The translations under genes were made by a program, and so were the position numbers. DNA of 64,000 nt from Malacoraja senta (lineage: Eukaryota): NCBI GenBank assembly GCA_038087875.1, contig CM075988.1:11782001-11846000 (forward strand), written 5' to 3'. Each line of letters begins with the position of its first letter. Positions within the stretch are counted from its first letter, which is position 1. This document shows, piece after piece, positions 1-14,739 of this stretch. The notes under the pieces are model-generated. The model did no database searches, was not told the DNA's origin, and saw only the letters and a list, made by a program, of their open reading frames with translations.

Positions 1-569
1 TCGCACTAGTCAGAGTTAGTTTGTTATTCCATTTGAGGATATAACACTTTTCGTGAACACACTCTCCTCCAAGAAAGCTCCAGGTGATATTAATATCACC
101 ACACAGTCCACTGATATGGTTTATTCCTTGTTTTAGAAGGGGAAACATCATATTATTCATTTGGTCAAGCAGATGGCGGAAGTCCTTTCTAACTACAGTG
201 ATATTGCCCGATGTTGCAGAAAACCTTTGTGCATAATATTGAACTCCACTCCATTGAAATCTTGTCGAGCATCAAGTGGACCTTCCCAAGGAGACACCAT
301 CATTGTTTCACATTGCATTAATACTCCGTCCTCCCCTCCTTTCTGTAGTCCACCACTGAAAAAGCTGATGTTTGAAATGAGGACTATCCCAGAAACACAT
401 GGCTTATTAGAAACCCATGAGGTGGCATTGTTTATCAATGCACCCCCTCCGTATACAACCAACTCCATGGGGCATCTAAAGAGAAGAAGCATAAAAATGT
501 TGCCTGCAGCCAGAGCTCTTTCAAAGTCAATTGAAGTGTGCTTCACCTAAACAACGAGATAAGGAAAAA

Positions 570-810
570 CTTTATCACCCAGAGAGTTGTCAATCTGTGG
601 AATTCTCTGTCACAGAGACAGTGGAGGCCAATTCACTGGATATTTTCAAGAGGGAGTTTGATTTAGCTCTTAGGGCTAAAGGAGCCAAGGGACATGGGGA
701 AAAAGCGGGAACGGGGTACTGATTTTGGATGATCAGCTATGATCATATTGAATGGCGGTGCTGGTTCGAAGGACTGAATGGCCTACTCCTGCACCTATTT
801 TCTATATTTC
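570..810 (+). mobile_element. CR1 3' end fragment
   Basis: Close match to the 3' 240 bp of the CR1 at 47398-48520. Confidence 0.9.
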
Positions 811-2745
811 TAACCCAGTCTCAACAATTAATCACCCACACCTTTCCCATTTCTTGTTTTTCTGAGCACTTGCCCCACCTGGTTTTAGTTAAGTTGATTT
901 CATTTCTTCAAAGTTCTCCCTTTCACACTCCGGGAGGCCAAGCATTGGTTTTACCATTTTCCAGATTGTGGCAAATGTGATAAGTGCATTTAAACATTCT
1001 GGAAATACTCAGCAAATTAGGTAGCACCTGTGCAAAGAAGGAAACAAGAGATTCATGTTTCAGATGCGAAGTTTTCAGAGCAGGGACATTTAATAAAGTA
1101 GGGATGAAGAAATTATTGGGGTATGATGAGAAGCATGATCTAGACTGGAAGGCAGTTGATTAAATGACAAACAGGATTAAACCAATGGAGAGGGTGGGGT
1201 AATGGATGTGAAGCAAAAGGCTGACCTAAAAGAAATTGACTTAACATCAAACATTGGAGCAGTTGTTATTCTCTGATTCTTTATTGCGAGTGGAGGATTG
1301 TAAAGTGCATAATCAATAGATACTGTTCCTTTAGCCTGTATATGTCCTTCATTGGAATAGTGAAAGCCTTTTCCTCTATGACTTAGTTATTGCCACCCCT
1401 TTCATCTGCCACAAATTATATTTATTAATCATCATTATATTCCATTTTAGGTGTTGCAAGGTTATATTGAGTTGATTGAGATGCCCTTTGCACTTAACCT
1501 TTCAGTTTGTTTCAGCTTCCATTACATTCCAGCAGTTTTTCTATTTGCTTTGACCTGATCCTCTATTTTAAAAACAATCTATAGAATTCCTTTCACTCCT
1601 TGACTCATTTTAACAGATCTTTTACATGTTCACTTAATATTTATCCATAAATGCTGCTGCTCAGTGCAAAGATTTTGCCCCATCACATTTATAATCTTGA
1701 CATCATAATAAACAGACAGTGATAGCTTTAAATAACAGCTCATAATTTATTTATTGAAGTATTTAAAGCTGTTTTCGCTGTATTTTCAGCAGGAAGTACT
1801 AAATGTTTGCACATCTGCCATGGTGACATGTCTCCTCCTGTGGAGTGCTGCCTTCCTTCTGGGTTCCATATGTGAAGCCAGAATTCGCCAAAGACAAGGT
1901 TGTTGGGAAACTCAGGGAAAAATCGACATCGTATTATAGCAGTTGGGTTCTATTGAAACTAATCATCAGAGGTGCTGCACATTATAACATGCACAATCAC
2001 TTTGTCTTCAGTAATCTTTAGAGTGGCTGATTATTGTTCTCCTGTGTTGCTTTCTTGGAGAACCATATGGACGGAGAAGAATAAATGAAATGCATGCAAT
2101 TGTTTACGCACCCCACCAAGAGAGAGTTCAATTTCCATTTTGAAGTAACATGGCCATCTGTGGTTTCATTGAACAACATGTTTTTAACACGCAAAGTGCC
2201 AACATAGAATTATCATTGTGTAGGGAGGAACTGCAGGTGCTGGTTTGTACAGCTGAGTTTCTTCAGCATTTTGTGTCTATCTTAAGAATGATCCTTGCTG
2301 CAATTGCATGCAACCAGCAAAGAATCAATGATTATTCAGTAAAGAGATAAATTAAAATGCTGCCATTTTTTATATAACTGACACAGGGCCAGAAGGTTAT
2401 TGAGGCCAGAATGGGTACAACTAGCAGATAGAACATTGTGAGTATTTTGTGAGTTAATATATGGTTTTGAGATCCGTTGTTCTATCTTGCATCGGTGCCA
2501 ATAATGTGAGGAAGGATAAGTTGTCATATATATGGCACCCTTTATATAGCATGCTGTTATTTTGAACCGTGAGACATTCTTGGGAATGAGAAGTTACTAT
2601 TCTCTGCATAAGCAACATTACTGCCTAGGTTTGGGAGGGACTTTGCCCAATGTTCATGCCTGAACTCGCCCCGCAAATGTCAGATCGCATGATCAGTTGC
2701 TGCCATTGTCATTATCACCAAACCTGCCGATATGATTATACTGAA

Positions 2746-2959
2746 GATAGACACAAAATATGTTGGAGTAACTCAGCGGGACAGGCAGCATCTCTGGATA
2801 GAAGGAATGGGTGATGTTTCAGGTCGAGACCATTCTTCAGAATCAACCCGAAACGTCACTCATTTCTTCTACCCAGAGATGCTGCCTGTCCCACTAAGTT
2901 ACTGTTGCATTTCGTGTCTATCTCTGGTTTAAACCAGCATCTGCAATTCCTTCCTACAG
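2746..2959 (+). mobile_element. Fold-back Penelope-like non-autonomous element with hammerhead motif
   Basis: Inverted arms plus constant 3' end CCAGCATCTGCAATTCCTTCCTACA; 17-bp TSD with 2 mismatches at 2729-2745 and 2960-2976. Confidence 0.8.
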
Positions 2960-5163
2960 GATATGACTATAGTGAAAGTTACCTCCTTTTAAATGTCACA
3001 GACAAGTGTGGTTAAATATTTAGAACTGAAGCTAATGTCTCACCAACCTCCTCCCACCAAATACCACCCGCAATCCCTGCTCTCCCACACCGAGCCCTTT
3101 GCATTGGCTCACCTCACATCAAGGGTGCCTTGAATTATTTTGTCATATTTATCAAGTATTTATTTCTATTTAACAATACCGATGTAACGCTATTGCTGGG
3201 AAAGCTCCATCCAGCCAGGCATCATAAAAAGTGTCTCAGTCTGAAGAAGGGTCTCGACCCAAAACTTTACCCTTGCCTTCTCTCCAGAGATGCTGCCTGT
3301 CCCACTGAGTTACTCCAGCATTTGGTGTCTATCACAAAAAGCACACTCACAAACCTATAATATAACACGTTTCATCAGACACTTTATTTTGAAAGCAGCA
3401 AAGCACAGTCATTTCTAAAAGCATAAATGCAACTGCAAAATTAGCTGCAAGACATCCATATATACATTATTCATAAACTAGCCCTCAATTGGAGCTGATG
3501 AAGTGATTTTTGTTCTTCAACTGGTTTTGATTGTAGGATTGGAATAATGGTTTATTTTTCTGAAAGTCTTGTGGGTGATATGCGATTCATTGTAATATTA
3601 ATCTGAATGTTACTCTGAGATTTACCAGGCAAAAGCAAAGACTCAGAAATCTGACATAAGACACATGCACACACTAATGTTAATAAACATTTTTTAAATA
3701 ATAACATGGCTATGATATCCAGATTAAGTAATATCCAAACAATTTAAAAATGTGAATTTGCAATTCCAGCAATTCAGATGAGATGAACCTCATTTAAGAT
3801 TGATGAATAGACTGTGACAAAAGAGGGTAGTGTGTCAACATGTCCAGGCTGTTTGATCATGCTGATAACATCACAACTAATTGCATAATAAGGTGACAAT
3901 TCACCCATATTACGATGTAGCAGAATAATAAGAGCAGAGGGTCACCTGCAACAGGAAGAAAGCAAGCTTGAACGGTTGATTTTGACCCAAGGGCAGTAGT
4001 TTTAATACAGAAGAAAACTAATACATTTCCTTCCTACAATTTCGCGAGTAATGTGCCATCATGGCTATAGGCATTCGTCAAATCTTTTTCCAAGCATATT
4101 TAATCTACTTGCTGTACCTTTCGGGGATGTTCAACATGGTTTTAGTGTCATAGTCCAAAATGCATGCCTTTCAATTTTGGGTATGACCAGAATTTGTGTC
4201 CAACCATCTAATCAAGTGCATAAGTTTGCAATATTTAAAAAAATGTTGTGATCTTATAATTTCTGGGGAAAAAACAGCACCAGGAAGGAATATTACTTAC
4301 ATTTTGAAAATATAATGCAATGCTAAAAATGTAAATATTAATTTATTGATTTTTATTTTGTTTATTATTATCTATGTGGATTGTGTTTTCAGGACTGCTA
4401 TGCGGCTGCAAGTAAGCATTTTATTGTTCTGTTGATGGTACTTAAGACAATTAAAATTAAGATCAGGTCTTCATTAATATTTACATTTTCCAAGGCTTCA
4501 ATTTTAACTCGGAGTTAACTCTTAAGGTTTGGATTTAATTGTTTTTAAATGCTGGAGGAACACATAGTTCAGCCAATATTTGAGGCGGGACTGCATTTCA
4601 TTGTCTACTGCATTTCGTTGTCTCTGTACTGTACACTGCACAATGACAATAAAGTTGAATCTGAATCTGAATCTGAAATGGACAGACAATGCTCGACATT
4701 ACGTCCCTTCACTTTGAAGAAGTGCCCTGGAACATCCAGGTGCTGCCTGACCCACCAAGTTTATCCAGCACTGTTTTTTGCTCAAAATTCTAATATCTAT
4801 AGTCTGTTGTGTCTCTTAGATTCAATTAAGTTTTTTTTGTAAAGTGTTGGGGAACTTTTGAAGAATAAATGTCATATTTCAGGTTGGTTTCATCAGCAGG
4901 GCTGGTTAATTCAACTTTTTGAATATACTTTGTATCTCCAACACATTAAGTGTCATGCCCTTTCACCTAAAGATTAAATTTTTACAATATCCTACCTACT
5001 GGATATCAATTATTAAAATAACACTCAATAAACTTAAAACAAAAAAGACACAAAATGCAGGAGCAACTCAGTGGGTCAGGCAGCATCTCTCGTGAACAGA
5101 AATGGGTGACATTTCAGGTTGGGACCCTTCTTCAGAACCTGAAATGTCACCTATGCATGTTAT

Positions 5164-5324
5164 GTCATAAGGAATAGGAGTAGAATTAGGCCATTCGGCC
5201 CATCAAGTCTACTCCACCATCCAATCATGGCTGCTCTGTCTCTTCCTCCTAACCCCATTCTCCTGCCTTCTCCCCATAAACTCTGATGCCTGTACTAATC
5301 AAGAATCTATCTATCTCTGCCTTA
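5164..5324 (-). mobile_element. CR1 3' end fragment inserted in a fold-back element
   Basis: Reverse complement of the tail seen at 42290-42440. Confidence 0.85.
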
Positions 5325-8300
5325 ATGTCTTTGTTTTGTAAACCAGCATCTGCAGCTCCTTATTTTCTCATCAAACTCAAGTTGCACAAAAGCCAAACAC
5401 TGAATGACAAATATAATTATTAAGTTTAACTCCCTTTCTTGTAGTGCTGCATTGACTCTCTCTTCCTTCCTTGTAAAATCGTACCCCTTACCATCCAATG
5501 TTTATGCTATCTAGTTCTGCACTGTTCCATCTGTCTTTCTCAGCCTTCTCCCACATCTTATTCCCTTTGGATTCTGCTATTCCGTTCATACCCCTATCCG
5601 CTTATCACATTTGTTAACCGGCAAGTCACATTTATTATTAATCGGGGTGACAACTGGATATTTTTCCCTCACCCTAAATTGAACCTTGGTTTAGGAACAT
5701 ATGATGCACCCAGTCTCTTACTTAATCCTATAGGTGATCACACCCAAGATGTCAATGACCAGAGATGTGACAACGATGATCATGTTAGGGTTAGAGTTGA
5801 CTTTTTTTTTCTGTTGTTATTTATTTGCTGAAAACTATGTGGCATGGTCTTTGTACTGGTCTTCTCTTTGGGCCGAATGTGGCCAGGTTCAAAACCACTG
5901 TATTTAATGAACACGCTGATTACGGAACCTCAAACAAAAAAACTCAACCGCTCAGCAGCATCCGTGGAGGGAAATGGGGTCAGACGATGGGACATTGGGT
6001 TTTAATAGGTTCCTGAACTAACCTGTTTGGTTACTGACATCTTTGGTGGAGCCAGATGACAAGATCAAAGGGATTTTTGAGCTATTGTCACACTTGCCCA
6101 TAGTTGACAAGTGAGATCATTCTCAAGGCTACTTGGTTTTTTTTCTTAGTCCGAATAGCATTGTTAAATGAATATCACAGGAGCATCATAGTTGCCCAGT
6201 TGAGGTTTTGCATTGCTGTACCTCATTCCCCCCACTAGATGAAGGAGATCTATTCACAAACCTGGGTTTCTGTGTGTTAACATTTTTATGCGTTAACATT
6301 ATTTTACAATCTCCATGGTGATATGTTGTGCTAGAACTCATGTTTTTCACATGAGTTCTAGCAGTCAAATGTTTATTTATCTACATTTTCAAAGTTAACT
6401 TTTAAAATGTGACGAGGCTTGAGTTGAACCATAAAATTGGACATCTTACACAACAGCAATTTTCCTTTCATTTGCATAATTGTTGCTGTTTCAATTCAAA
6501 TCAATTGAGAAAATGGATAGATGAATGACCTTTCTACAATTCAAAAAATGCTGCAGGCCCAGAAAATAAAAATGCTTTGAAAATTCAGCTTTTAAACTGT
6601 CCTTACTTGCATGAGAACATTGTCTTCTTTCAACAGATTCTTATGACCACAACTCTATTTTGGAAATGTGATACTAGGTATTGTTTGCTTCAAAATCACC
6701 CCCGAGTCACAGCTGGATGCACCGTAATCAGTTCTGCCATTGTGTGGGGAGATTTTTACAAACAGTGACTATACAGGGTTTGTTATATTTCCATGAAGGA
6801 TTCTCAGTTGCCTGCACAACTCCTTCCTCGTTTAAAAACAAAATAAAATAACAAAAATGCTGGAAATTTGTATACAAGTCAGGAAACATCTGTGAGAAGA
6901 GAAACCGAGTTAATGATACAGATTCAAGACCTTTCTTCAGTCTCAGACCAGAAGCTCTGTTTCTCATTCCATAGGTGCTGCCTGATCTGCTAAGTATGTC
7001 CAACACTTCCTGTTATATATATTTCAGATTTCCAGCATTTGTATGATGTTCTTTTGTTGTGTATTCTAATTTCACTTTCCATCGAGTGGAAGGCGCGCAA
7101 GTCCTTTCAGGTTTCGGTTTCATTCATATAAGAAATCTTCGGTCTTGTATTTATTCCTTGCAAGCATTGTTAAGCCACAACTGCTATGAATTGATGGTGG
7201 TTTGCTTCCTGGGTGCATAACAGATGAGATTAACAAGCAAACTGAATTTAAGATGCATCACCTCTATTTCATCCCAATATCTCAAGATATTTCTCAAGGT
7301 AAAATAGTTAAATTATGTTCCGCAACCAAAATAAAGTCCACAGTCTCCAGGAAAGAGACAGCACTATTATTGAGATTGGCCACATAACCATTAGAGGATG
7401 ACAACATTGAATTCAGACTGATTCTATTTGGTTAGATTTTATCTGTGAAGTCTCTGACCACAATCTGATAAAAGTAAATGATGATTAAATAACTTTCCAC
7501 AAGTTATGATTCATTGTCTTCTTTCTAGTGCATTTAGTTAAACATCAGAGCGAAGAGCAAAATATAATTTGATTGTTACCATACAGGTATTGGAATCTTC
7601 CAATTATGCTATCCTGATTCATAAGCTCGATTTTTTTTAAATCTTTGTGGATCCGAGCATAACCGGCAAGATCAGCATTTATTGCCTATTCCGAGTTGTC
7701 TTTCACAAGAGTGGTTTCTTGGTCTTCTCAGGACATTTATGACTTAACCACATTGGTGAGCCTGGTCACAGTTTTTCTTCCCTGGGGAACATCAGTGAAC
7801 TCGATGGATTTTGGCAACTATTTGTAGCTTTGTGGTTATTATTTAAAATGACCGCATTGGTTAAAATGCAGATTATTATTCAATTTTAATGTATTGGAGC
7901 CTTGCATTAAGCCAACTTAGATCACGTTATAAGAGAAGAAAACTTTTATTTATCAACAGGATAAAATATTGTATATTGTATCACTGACTAAATCTTCTGC
8001 ATAATTTTTCTTGGTAGAATAAATGCAACTAATTTTAATGGCTTGATCTATATAATCTGTGAGGATGATGGTTTTAAAACATAATTAGGAGATCCTAGTG
8101 CAAGTTTATTGTAAATGTTCCTTGTCTTTTAAAATCTTTAATTTCACACTCAATATATAAGGTAATTGGAAATGTCGCAACTAATAATGGATGGTTTTCT
8201 TTGTAAATGGTAAACACCTAATGTCATTTCTTATACATGGTAGATGGTGCAATGGACTGCTAGCTGGCAAAATGACTTGCGTAAGGCAGTGCCATTGTGT

Positions 8301-8446
8301 TCTAAAGAAGCAGAATATTAGTTGTCCTCTATATTCATTTATTGCATTGATTTTAATGATGGACTTAAACCACTTAGATTTTCCTTCCACCATTTGATAT
8401 TCAGTGCTGTTGTTGCAAATCAGTTGAGTCAAACTGTGTCGGAAGG

Positions 8447-8653
8447 TATGTGTAGAAAGAAACTGCAGATGCTGGTTTAAACCAAAGATAGACACAAAAA
8501 GCTGGAGTAACTCAGCGGGTCAGACAGCATCTCTTGAGAAAAGGAACGGGTGACATTTCGGATCGAGACCTTCGACCCGAAACGTCACCTATTCCTTTTC
8601 TCCGGAAATGATGTCTGACCCGAGGTGTTATTCCAGCTTTTTGTGTCTATCTT
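8447..8653 (-). mobile_element. Fold-back Penelope-like element
   Basis: Same family, opposite orientation; GACCCGAAACGTCACC. Confidence 0.8.
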
Positions 8654-9180
8654 CTTCTGTCAGTATGTAGGTGATTCTGGAGATGATAAATAATCTGTGA
8701 AATGTCCGCTCCATGCACTCAGACGCTCCATGCACAGTCAAATGTGCAGGTCCAAGATGTCTGGCAATGACAATGCCTTAGACCTCTGCCACCAACCTTT
8801 GAGCCCAATGGTGGAAGAGCAACTGCACATAACAACTGGTCCTAACCTTCCAACAGAGAGCACCAATGTGTAGATAGAGACTCCATGTGTTCGAGACTGC
8901 TGATCCAGTGAAAAGTGTTAAGTAGAAGTCCTTTACTTTAATTTTGCTTTATTTAAGTGTTATCAATCATGTTAATTAACTCAATTTCTAAAAGTATGAT
9001 GAAAATCCATTTTCATAGTTTAAAATTGATCTTAATAATTAAAAGTAATTAATTAAAAACCTTCAAATAAAAAAACATTAAAATGTTTTATTTTGATAGC
9101 CATCGATGCTGAGCCAACTAGCAGGGAAGGTTGGTAGCACCTGATGGACGTGGGTCGTCTGTATGCACTGCTGGAGGCTG

Positions 9181-9605
9181 CGAGGATGTTGCCAGGACTG
9201 AAGGGCCTGAGCTATAGGAAGTGGTTGAGCAGGCTGGGAACCTATTCCTTGGAGTGCAGCAGGATGAGAGGTGTATAAGATCACGGGATGAATAGATATG
9301 ATGAATACACAGTCTTTCACCCAGAGGAAGGGAATCCTTTATGATGAAAGGAGAGAGATTTAATAAGAGCATCAGGGGCAACTTTTTTGATACAAAGGGT
9401 GCTAGATTTTTGGAATAAGCTGCGAGAGGTGGTAGTTAACTTGGGTACTATCGCAAAGTTTAAGAGAAACATTTTATCAAGTATATGGATAGGATAGGTT
9501 GAGAGGGATATGGATCAAATGCAGGCAGGTGAGGCTGGTGTAGTTGGGGCATGTTGGTCGGCATGGGCAAGTTGGGCCGAAGGGCCTGTTTCCACACTGT
9601 ATGAC
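9181..9605 (+). mobile_element. CR1 3' fragment with the tail type shared by the HE1-like SINE
   Basis: RMLPGLKGLSYR motif; tail GGGCCGAAGGGCCTGTTTCCACACTGTATGAC. Confidence 0.85.
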
Positions 9606-11199
9606 CCAGTCGGTCAGAGGCTGCTCTGCATCACTAGATGCCTGTTGCGACGAGTGGGTCTGGTTGCTTGACATCTGAAGGAAGTGCTGGAGCGCGGGGA
9701 GTTTGGGCATTGATTCTTGCTCGTAGAATGGGCCCAGAGAAATTCAGGCCATGATCCCAACAAAGAAGCCTGAAATAATTTATCGCTAACTTAGAAGAGA
9801 AAGTTGGGATCTCGAGTCTGAGGGCATTCTATCACTTGGACTGCTTGCCGTGGTCGGGTGAATTTCATCAATTTTTAGGTAGACCGCCGAGGGTGAGGGA
9901 AAGAAAGAAAACTGACACTTCTATTTTGTACCATTTCTGTTGTACCTCCTGCAGGCATTGCTCCTGCATGGAACAATATTAATAATAGCTGTGAGGAAGT
10001 CTGTGCTCCATGCACTCAAAGCTACCTGAGTGGCAGGGGACATGTACCAGTGATGAACTGCCAGTGGGAGCAAATGAAAGGAAAGATGGGGGGGAAACAA
10101 AAATAGAAAAATAAAAATGAAGCTTGCAGAGACTGAGAACCAGACCAAAACCAGCTCGAGGAAAATTCAGCATTCACCAGATGAAAAGCACTTTTCAATA
10201 TTTGACTGTATAAGAGGAGGCTGTTGCGATGAATATAAAACTGATGTAACATTAATAACTGTTTAAATGAAATAAGTGTTTCTATTATTCTGCCGACGGA
10301 AGAATGTTATCTTTGGATTGTTGCACCAAATTCTATCTTTGCACAGATTTTCTTCCACATGTTTAAAGAAACCAAAATTGGAAACTACTTTTATAAGAAT
10401 AACAATGCTATACAATCATTCAAAAGCATCTTAAGATTTCATTGTAATGCGTAACCTGTACTGAATTATTTTTAGTATTTAATTAAGTAACAACAGTCTT
10501 CGTGGGAAGTCTATGCCAGGCATATTAATATGAAGTGACTGTGCAAGGTTGCAAAATGCAGATCACTGTTGAATTTCAGTCTGAACTATCATGAGATCAG
10601 ATAATGGCAGCTTGCGCAGAGCAAGAGTTAGTGAATTAGATAGAAATGATTTGATTCTGTGGTTGTTTCTTTTATTATCCATTTGCTCTTACCTGAATTA
10701 TCATGATTTATCCATTTGTGAAAGGTATCATAGATAACTATCGAATCTTTCAATCAACCTTACAGTACCATTTTTTTTAAACCTTCCTCGTGTGATGCTT
10801 ATTCTGATGTTTCTCTTGATAATCATTTGAAATTAACTAAATGGATGGGATTTCAGGAGATTAATAGGATGGATTGTAATCCATGATGGGTCCTTTTGTA
10901 CCAGGTGTGTTAAATAGCAAACAAGATGTGTTGGAAGTATCTTCAGCAGGTTCAATGTGCCAGCTTTCATTAATAAAATTTCATGTTCAAATTTTACATA
11001 AGCTTACAGAAGGGGTTGATACTATTTAGAAGAACCATGAGGTCAAATTTATTTTCCAGCATTTGTAATTTTGAAAATCCAGCAACAATTTTCATTAATA
11101 GAACAATTCAGGTGCTAGGATGCCACAGGTTTGTCATCAGTCCTTCTCTCTGGGGCAAGATGGCATACTAGAAATGGAAGCCAAAAGCAAGTCAAAGAG

Positions 11200-11645
11200 A
11201 TGGAGTCAAGTCAACGAAGATTCTTGCATTAAGAGAGGCAGTTGAAGCTGCAGAAGTGTTGAGGGAAGGAATTTCAAACAGCGAGATTGAGATGATATAT
11301 TGCCTTGCCAATGCTATAATATGCTGGTGATGCACTGAGGCTGGAGTTCAAAGAATGGATCATTCACTGTTCGGATGTTGACAGGCTGAAGGACGATGGA
11401 GAGACGACATGGAACAAGCTCGTGAAAATGAAATTAATGCTTTGAGTTTGTAAGTGATGCAGCATAGGTTAGTGAGGGCAAGTGTATTGGATCTGCCAGC
11501 TTTGTGGTGGGTGAGATAGGGGAACATAGTTTGCAATGAGGAAAATTTATGGAGGGTAAAGGATAGAAAGCTAGCCAAGAGAGAATTGGAATAATTATGT
11601 CTGGAAGTGATAGCTGCATGGAGGAACATTTCTGTGTCAGGCATG
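11200..11645 (-). mobile_element. Ancient L2 LINE ORF2 C-terminal fragment
   Basis: HAAITSRHNYSNSLLASF..TLHKF resembles the L2 motif HAFxTSRLDYCNSLLAGLP..LxKLQ. Confidence 0.75.
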
Positions 11646-12894
11646 TGGAAAAAGTGTGTGGAGACTAGTAATTCATGTTGATTTATGACTGTACTTCTCT
11701 CACTAGTGCAATTAATCAATCGACTGATTTCATGTTCGCGTGGAGGGTTTTCCCATTGTCTCCGATCTACTGTCATTTGTAAGTGAAATACTTGTGGCAA
11801 TATACAGTTGACAAATAGTAGCCTCTCCTCTGTACTTTAGCTGCAATCCAGGATTCCATCTGCACACATTCAACTGGAACTAACATAGTCGGACTCTAAC
11901 CAGGCAGAGGTTTTCATGCATCAGGTGTCACTGACGTGGATGCCCCAAAGCGAAAAAAAAAATTATGATGGATGGATTGGCAATTATTTTGCACATTGCA
12001 TTTCAGTTTACTTTGCATTTCAGCCTTTAATCCTTTGCAAGAGCATATTGAGTAAAATGATTTTAATTTCACATTTCACAAATTTCTTTGGAGGTCACAC
12101 AATTAATCACCCCTGTCACCACATCAAGATAGTTAAGAAAAACCCTAGACTGAAATAAATGAAAAGCCATCTCAATGTTTTGAGCAGCATAACCAATGCT
12201 CAAAGCATCATCAAGGTTTTGTGTGAATTTAGAGCGTTGGAAATGTGTTCATGATGGATGAAAGCGAAGCCCCATTTTCAGACATGCCTGTGATCAGATG
12301 CCGGGTGAATCATTAAAATGTAATTCAAGGGTTGATCTTCTGAACTGCCCTAAAAGATGACAAAAATCATTCCCATCCTGAGCCAAGAAGCAAAGTATTG
12401 AAGGAACTCAGCATCTGTGGACTTTTTCAGTTCAAATCGTTTCTTCAGACTGAGTTAAGTTTCTCCAAAGTAACCCACATATTTTGCACCTTCCTCCAAA
12501 ATAAAGTCAATTGATGCCCTAATTTGAAGAATTTTCTTTTGCTTTCTAAATTTACACAGATTTATCTTGCACTTAAATGTGCATGGGATTTAAGTTCAAT
12601 TTGGATCTCAGCTTTAGCGATCTACATGGTCAGCAAATTTACATTTATATCTTATAATTTAGACAGTATATTTTGTCTGAAATAAAGGACCCGACCCAAA
12701 ATGTCACCATGTTCTCCAGAGATGCTGCCTGACTCGGGGAGTTACTCAGAGAATTTGTGTCATCCTTTGTCATTTTCTGCTACCAGAGGGCCATTTACTT
12801 CCTTTAAACAACAGTACATTGATTTAATCGGTATGATAACAACCTCAGAGATGATCCACATCAACGACTACCCAGCCCTTTGGCCAACATTGTA

Positions 12895-13135
12895 TCTTTC
12901 GTCAGAGGGTGGTGAATCTGTGGTACATTGCTACAGACGGCTATGGGAGGCCAAGGCAATGGATATTTTTAAGGCACAGGTTAACAGATTCTTAATTAGT
13001 ACAGGTGTCAGTGGTTGTGAGGAGAAGGCAGGAGAATGGGAATTGAGAGGGAAAGATAAATTAGCCATCATTGAGTGGCAGAGAACATGTGATAGGCTGA
13101 ATGGTCTAATTCTGCTCCTGGAACTTAAGAGCTTC
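12895..13135 (+). mobile_element. CR1 3' end fragment
   Basis: CAGAGGGTGGTGAATCTGTGG..GAGAAGGCAGGAGAATGG..GAATGGTCTAATTCTGCTCCT. Confidence 0.85.
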
Positions 13136-14111
13136 TGAACTTATTTAGAAGATAAACTAGAAGGCTCTCAAAATTCAGCAACCGATAAGACCCAAAAGCG
13201 GGATATTTAAGATTTATTATGTCCTTGCACGCATGATATCTAAAGGACTCTCTATGGAGCTTGATTTCAATATAGTGTTGCTCTGTAGAACATTTTTTTG
13301 GAACAGTCTTGAATTAAATTATTGATAGTTCAGTTAGTACAAATGTAAATCCCGTTATGGTTTCTTGAATCTAAGTGAGTTGATAATCACATCGAATAGC
13401 CAATGATCTTGGGAAATCAAATAGGGTCTTTGATTCACATTTCATAATAGCTTTTGCTGCTGTGTTCAATGTATCCTTATTTTGTTGCAGAATTTCCAAG
13501 ATTTTATTTTGTTCATGCTCAATACATCCTTTCTATATACAGTCCAACTATATTTGGCCTATATTTAGCATTTTACTCGTTTTCCCCAATGATCTTTTTC
13601 ATTAGTGTTTCAGTTCCTGGGAAGATAATTTGTTCTTCGCATAGGGAGGGGTCAGCAAATACACCCCCCCCCCCCCCCACAACACACCATAATAATTGCC
13701 CATCATAGGAACAGATGCACATACCTTCAAGGGTATTATCTGAATCTGTTTATTGTCCTCCCCAAATTCATCGACATAACCACGACTCTTCATGGCCCAC
13801 AATGATGCACACTTTTTGGTGTACAAAAATGGCAGGGTAGTCATAATGGCAGTGGAGGGGGAATGGCAGGATTTGTTGAGCTAGATGGGTGAGGATAACA
13901 TGAAACTGCTCAGGTTTTGGAAACAGAAGCTTACAGGCCAGTACAAGGCCACTTTCCTTTTGTATACCCAAGATTTGTACTGGAAAACATTTTTACTGCT
14001 AATGAAAATTGATTGAAAACCTTAAGCTTAATCACTACAGTGCAAAGCATGATTAGAGGGGAATAATGGATGTCAATATTTTCAATATCATACATATCAA
14101 ACTATCCAGTA

Positions 14112-14345
14112 AATAGACACAAAAAGATGGAGTAACTCAGCGGGTCAGACAGCATCTCTAGGGAGAAGGAGTATGTGATGTTTTAGGTCGATCTGACATT
14201 CTTCAGACTGAGAGTCAAGGGAAAGGCAAATGAGAGATATAGACGGTGATATGAAGGGATGAAGAACAAATGAATGAAAGATATGAAAAAAAGTAATGAT
14301 GATAAAGGAAACAGGCCTTTTGTTAGCTGTGGGCTAGGTGAAGAT
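14112..14345 (-). mobile_element. Longer single-arm copy of the hammerhead-bearing family
   Basis: Arm plus ~130 bp upstream of the core, similar to 41575-41650. Confidence 0.7.
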
Positions 14346-14739
14346 TTGCTGGTTGGCATTTGAAATGGCAGAAAATACCCAATAGAGTGTCCTTGTGCAA
14401 CTAATCTGAAAGCTCCGGGCAAACCATCTGACTTTGTTTCCAGGTAAACTACTTCTTTATGTATTGAAGAATTATTTCTCCTGTGAAAAGATTTAGAATG
14501 ACATATAATATAATCAGATATTATGGAACAATATATAGCTGTAATAAAGTTATCTGAAATGAGAATTTATTGAAAGAACGTGATGTGTTTTGCAAAAGCG
14601 GTTAGCAGTATTGAGTTTATGATTGATTCTGATAGATCTGAGGTTCTATTCCTCCCTGAAATAAAAAGATCAAGTCACTTTCCAACTACTTTTGTATTTT
14701 ACTGCTTAGTCTACATCATGAGTGTTCTATTTCACACTG

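Noticed and set aside
20..550. Overlapping ORFs 161-550 (+) and 193-546 (-)
   Set aside because: No recognisable protein. The + frame has only a faint likeness to a non-LTR RT start (SSKKAPG..SNYSDIA) with a stop, too weak to call.
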